A stretch of 62,662 bases of DNA, counting the filler. It is 4 parts of 4 records of this genome, joined end to end, with 100 filler letters (N's around TTAATTAATTAA, not from the genome) between each part and the next. Parts side by side here need not be neighbours in the genome. Positions count along the whole stretch, not along the records: positions 38,059 to 62,662 come from SRR20825019_1652; 3 more parts are not named here. One strand, written 5' to 3'. Of the stretch, positions 60,804-62,662 are shown one piece after another. Each line of letters begins with the position of its first letter. Position 1 is the first letter of the stretch. Made by a program: the position numbers and the translations under genes. The notes beneath the pieces are model-generated. The model searched no databases, was not told the DNA's origin, and was given only the letters and a program-made list of their open reading frames with translations.

Positions 60804-61259
60804 ATGAGTGATAGAGAGATGCCAAGAATACTGGTTCTCAATGGCCCCAATCTTAACCTGTTGGGTAGCCGTGAGCCGGAAACCTATGGCTCGCAAACCT
60901 TGCCGGAAATTGGCGCCATGCTGAAAGAGCATGCGCAGAGCCGTGGCTTTATGATCGATTTCCGCCAAAGCAATCACGAAGGCACGCTGGTGGACTGGGT
61001 TCAGGAAGGGGCGGATGATACCGCTGGCATTATTCTTAACGCCGGTGCGTATACTCATACATCCGTTGCGATCCGGGATGCGATAGCTGCAATCAAGACG
61101 CCTGTCATTGAAGTACATCTTTCCAATATTTTTGCGCGGGAGGAATTTCGCCATCACTCCTATATTTCGGACGTTGCCGAAGGGGTGATTTGCGGATTTG
61201 GCGCGGTTGGATATGTGCTTGCGATTGACGCCATAGCGAGTATGCTGCGCGTCAAATAA
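60804..61259 (+). CDS. aroQ: Type II 3-dehydroquinate dehydratase
   Basis: [38 protein letters not shown]. Confidence 0.96.
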   Translation: MSDREMPRILVLNGPNLNLLGSREPETYGSQTLPEIGAMLKEHAQSRGFMIDFRQSNHEGTLVDWVQEGADDTAGIILNAGAYTHTSVAIRDAIAAIKTPVIEVHLSNIFAREEFRHHSYISDVAEGVICGFGAVGYVLAIDAIASMLRVK

Positions 61260-61285
61260 CGATCAAGGGTTAAGGGCCTTAATGC

Positions 61286-61762
61286 ATGTCTAAAATCAAA
61301 GAATATAAAGAACTTATCCGTGAAATCGCTGAGCTTCTGGATAAATCCACCCTCTCTGAAATTGAGGTGGAAGAAGAAGATTTCCGCATTCGCGTTGCCC
61401 GCGAAGTGCCAGCTAACGTAAACTATACGGCTCCTGCTGCCTCTAACGCTGCACCTGCATCCGCAGCGCCTTCCGCAGCAACTGCGGCACCAGCTGCCGC
61501 CCCAGTTGCTGCTAACCCGGCTGACCACCCAGGCGCTGTGCCTGCTCCTATGGTTGGTACTGCCTATACGGCACCAACACCGGGTGCTGACGCTTTTGTA
61601 AAAGTGGGCGACAAGGTCAAGGAAGGCGATACGCTGCTCATCATTGAGGCCATGAAGGTGATGAACCAGATTTCTTCACCAAAGGCAGGCACGGTGAAAG
61701 AGATATTCTTCGCCGATGCCCAGCCAGTAGAATTTGGTGAAACCCTCTGCATTATCGAATAA
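61286..61762 (+). CDS. accB: Acetyl-CoA carboxylase biotin carboxyl carrier protein
   Basis: Ala/Pro linker, PMVGT, EAMKVMN biotinylation motif. Confidence 0.96.
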   Translation: MSKIKEYKELIREIAELLDKSTLSEIEVEEEDFRIRVAREVPANVNYTAPAASNAAPASAAPSAATAAPAAAPVAANPADHPGAVPAPMVGTAYTAPTPGADAFVKVGDKVKEGDTLLIIEAMKVMNQISSPKAGTVKEIFFADAQPVEFGETLCIIE

Positions 61763-61774
61763 GGGCAGCATCAA

Positions 61775-62662
61775 ATGTTTGAAAAAGTCCTGATCGCTAA
61801 CCGGGGAGAAATTGCACTTCGTATCCACCGTGCCTGTCATGAGATGGGCATCAAAACGGTGGCTGTGCACTCCACGGCTGATAGTGATGCTATGCACGTT
61901 CGCCTTGCGGACGAAACCGTTTGTATTGGCCCGCCTGCGTCCGCGCAGAGCTACCTGAATATCCCCGCCATCATTTCTGCGGCAGAAATTACAGGTGCTG
62001 ATGCTATTCACCCCGGCTACGGCTTCCTTTCCGAGAATGCGCATTTTGCCGAGATCGTCGGCGAACATGAAATCGCATTCATCGGCCCAACGCCTGAACA
62101 CATCCGCATGATGGGTGACAAGATCACAGCTAAGGAAACCGTCAAAAAGCTTGGCATTCCTGTGGTTCCCGGTTCCGAAGGCGGGATCACCGAAGACGAG
62201 GAAGCCCGCAAGGTTTGCCGTGAAATCGGGTTTCCTGTCATCATTAAGGCGTCAGCCGGTGGTGGCGGTCGCGGTATGCAGATCGTTCGCAGCGAGGACG
62301 AGTTGCCACGCAAGCTGCAAACCTGCCGCACAGAGGCCAAAGCCGCTTTCGGTGACGATGCGGTTTATATTGAGAAATTTCTACAGAAGCCGCGCCATAT
62401 TGAATTCCAGATCATTGGCGACAGCCACGGCAACTGCATCCACTTGGGCGAGCGGGATTGTTCCCTGCAACGCCGCCACCAGAAAGTGCTTGAGGAAGCC
62501 CCTTCCCCGGTGATCGACACTGAAACGCGGGAACGCATGGGCGGCGTTGTATCCAAAGCGATGGCTGATTTCGGCTATTGCGGTGCAGGCACGATCGAGT
62601 TTCTCTATGAAGACGGTGAGTTTTATTTCATTGAGATGAACACCCGCCTTCAGGTGGAACAC
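61775..62662 (+). CDS. accC: Biotin carboxylase (5' part, runs off window)
   Basis: Hand translation: [57 protein letters not shown]. Confidence 0.96.
   Translation, partial: MFEKVLIANRGEIALRIHRACHEMGIKTVAVHSTADSDAMHVRLADETVCIGPPASAQSYLNIPAIISAAEITGADAIHPGYGFLSENAHFAEIVGEHEIAFIGPTPEHIRMMGDKITAKETVKKLGIPVVPGSEGGITEDEEARKVCREIGFPVIIKASAGGGGRGMQIVRSEDELPRKLQTCRTEAKAAFGDDAVYIEKFLQKPRHIEFQIIGDSHGNCIHLGERDCSLQRRHQKVLEEAPSPVIDTETRERMGGVVSKAMADFGYCGAGTIEFLYEDGEFYFIEMNTRLQVEH

Noticed and set aside
1-62662. rRNA, tRNA, CRISPR arrays, riboswitches
   Set aside because: None recognised by eye; a tRNAscan/Infernal run would be needed to exclude small RNAs

Overview
The window is not one genome. It is four unrelated contigs joined by three artificial 100-nt spacers (44 N + TTAATTAATTAA + 44 N at 8800-8899, 24371-24470 and 37959-38058). 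Contig 1 (1-8799, GC-rich alphaproteobacterium) holds a soeA 5' end, the TauE/TIGR02186/USP trio, an ABC ATPase, PilZ, two glycosyltransferases and an RpiR/N-formylglutamate amidohydrolase/TRAP unit. Contig 2 (8900-24370, AT-rich, Flavobacteriaceae-like) is the highlight: an apparently complete class I lanthipeptide cluster. It has two double-glycine precursors, two intact LanC cyclases, a split LanB, a C39-peptidase ABC exporter plus HlyD, and a coupled pair of uncharacterised candidate tailoring genes (a DxD-containing DUF6734-like protein and a protein with a possible RRE-like C-terminus). The cluster lies between two diverged copies of a putative mobilization-relaxase 3' end, one of them cut by an IS3 remnant. 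Contig 3 (24471-37958, Rhodobacteraceae-like) holds lysine/2-oxoadipate catabolism genes (aldehyde dehydrogenase, hglS/ydcJ, ydiJ), an integrase relic and a tad/cpa pilus operon with CtrA-type boxes. Contig 4 (38059-62662, alphaproteobacterial core genome) runs from tyrS to accC and includes frameshifted prfB, an M23 peptidase/bactofilin pair and a ThiS-ThiG fusion. All family and taxon calls come from motif recognition by eye; no database searches were run.
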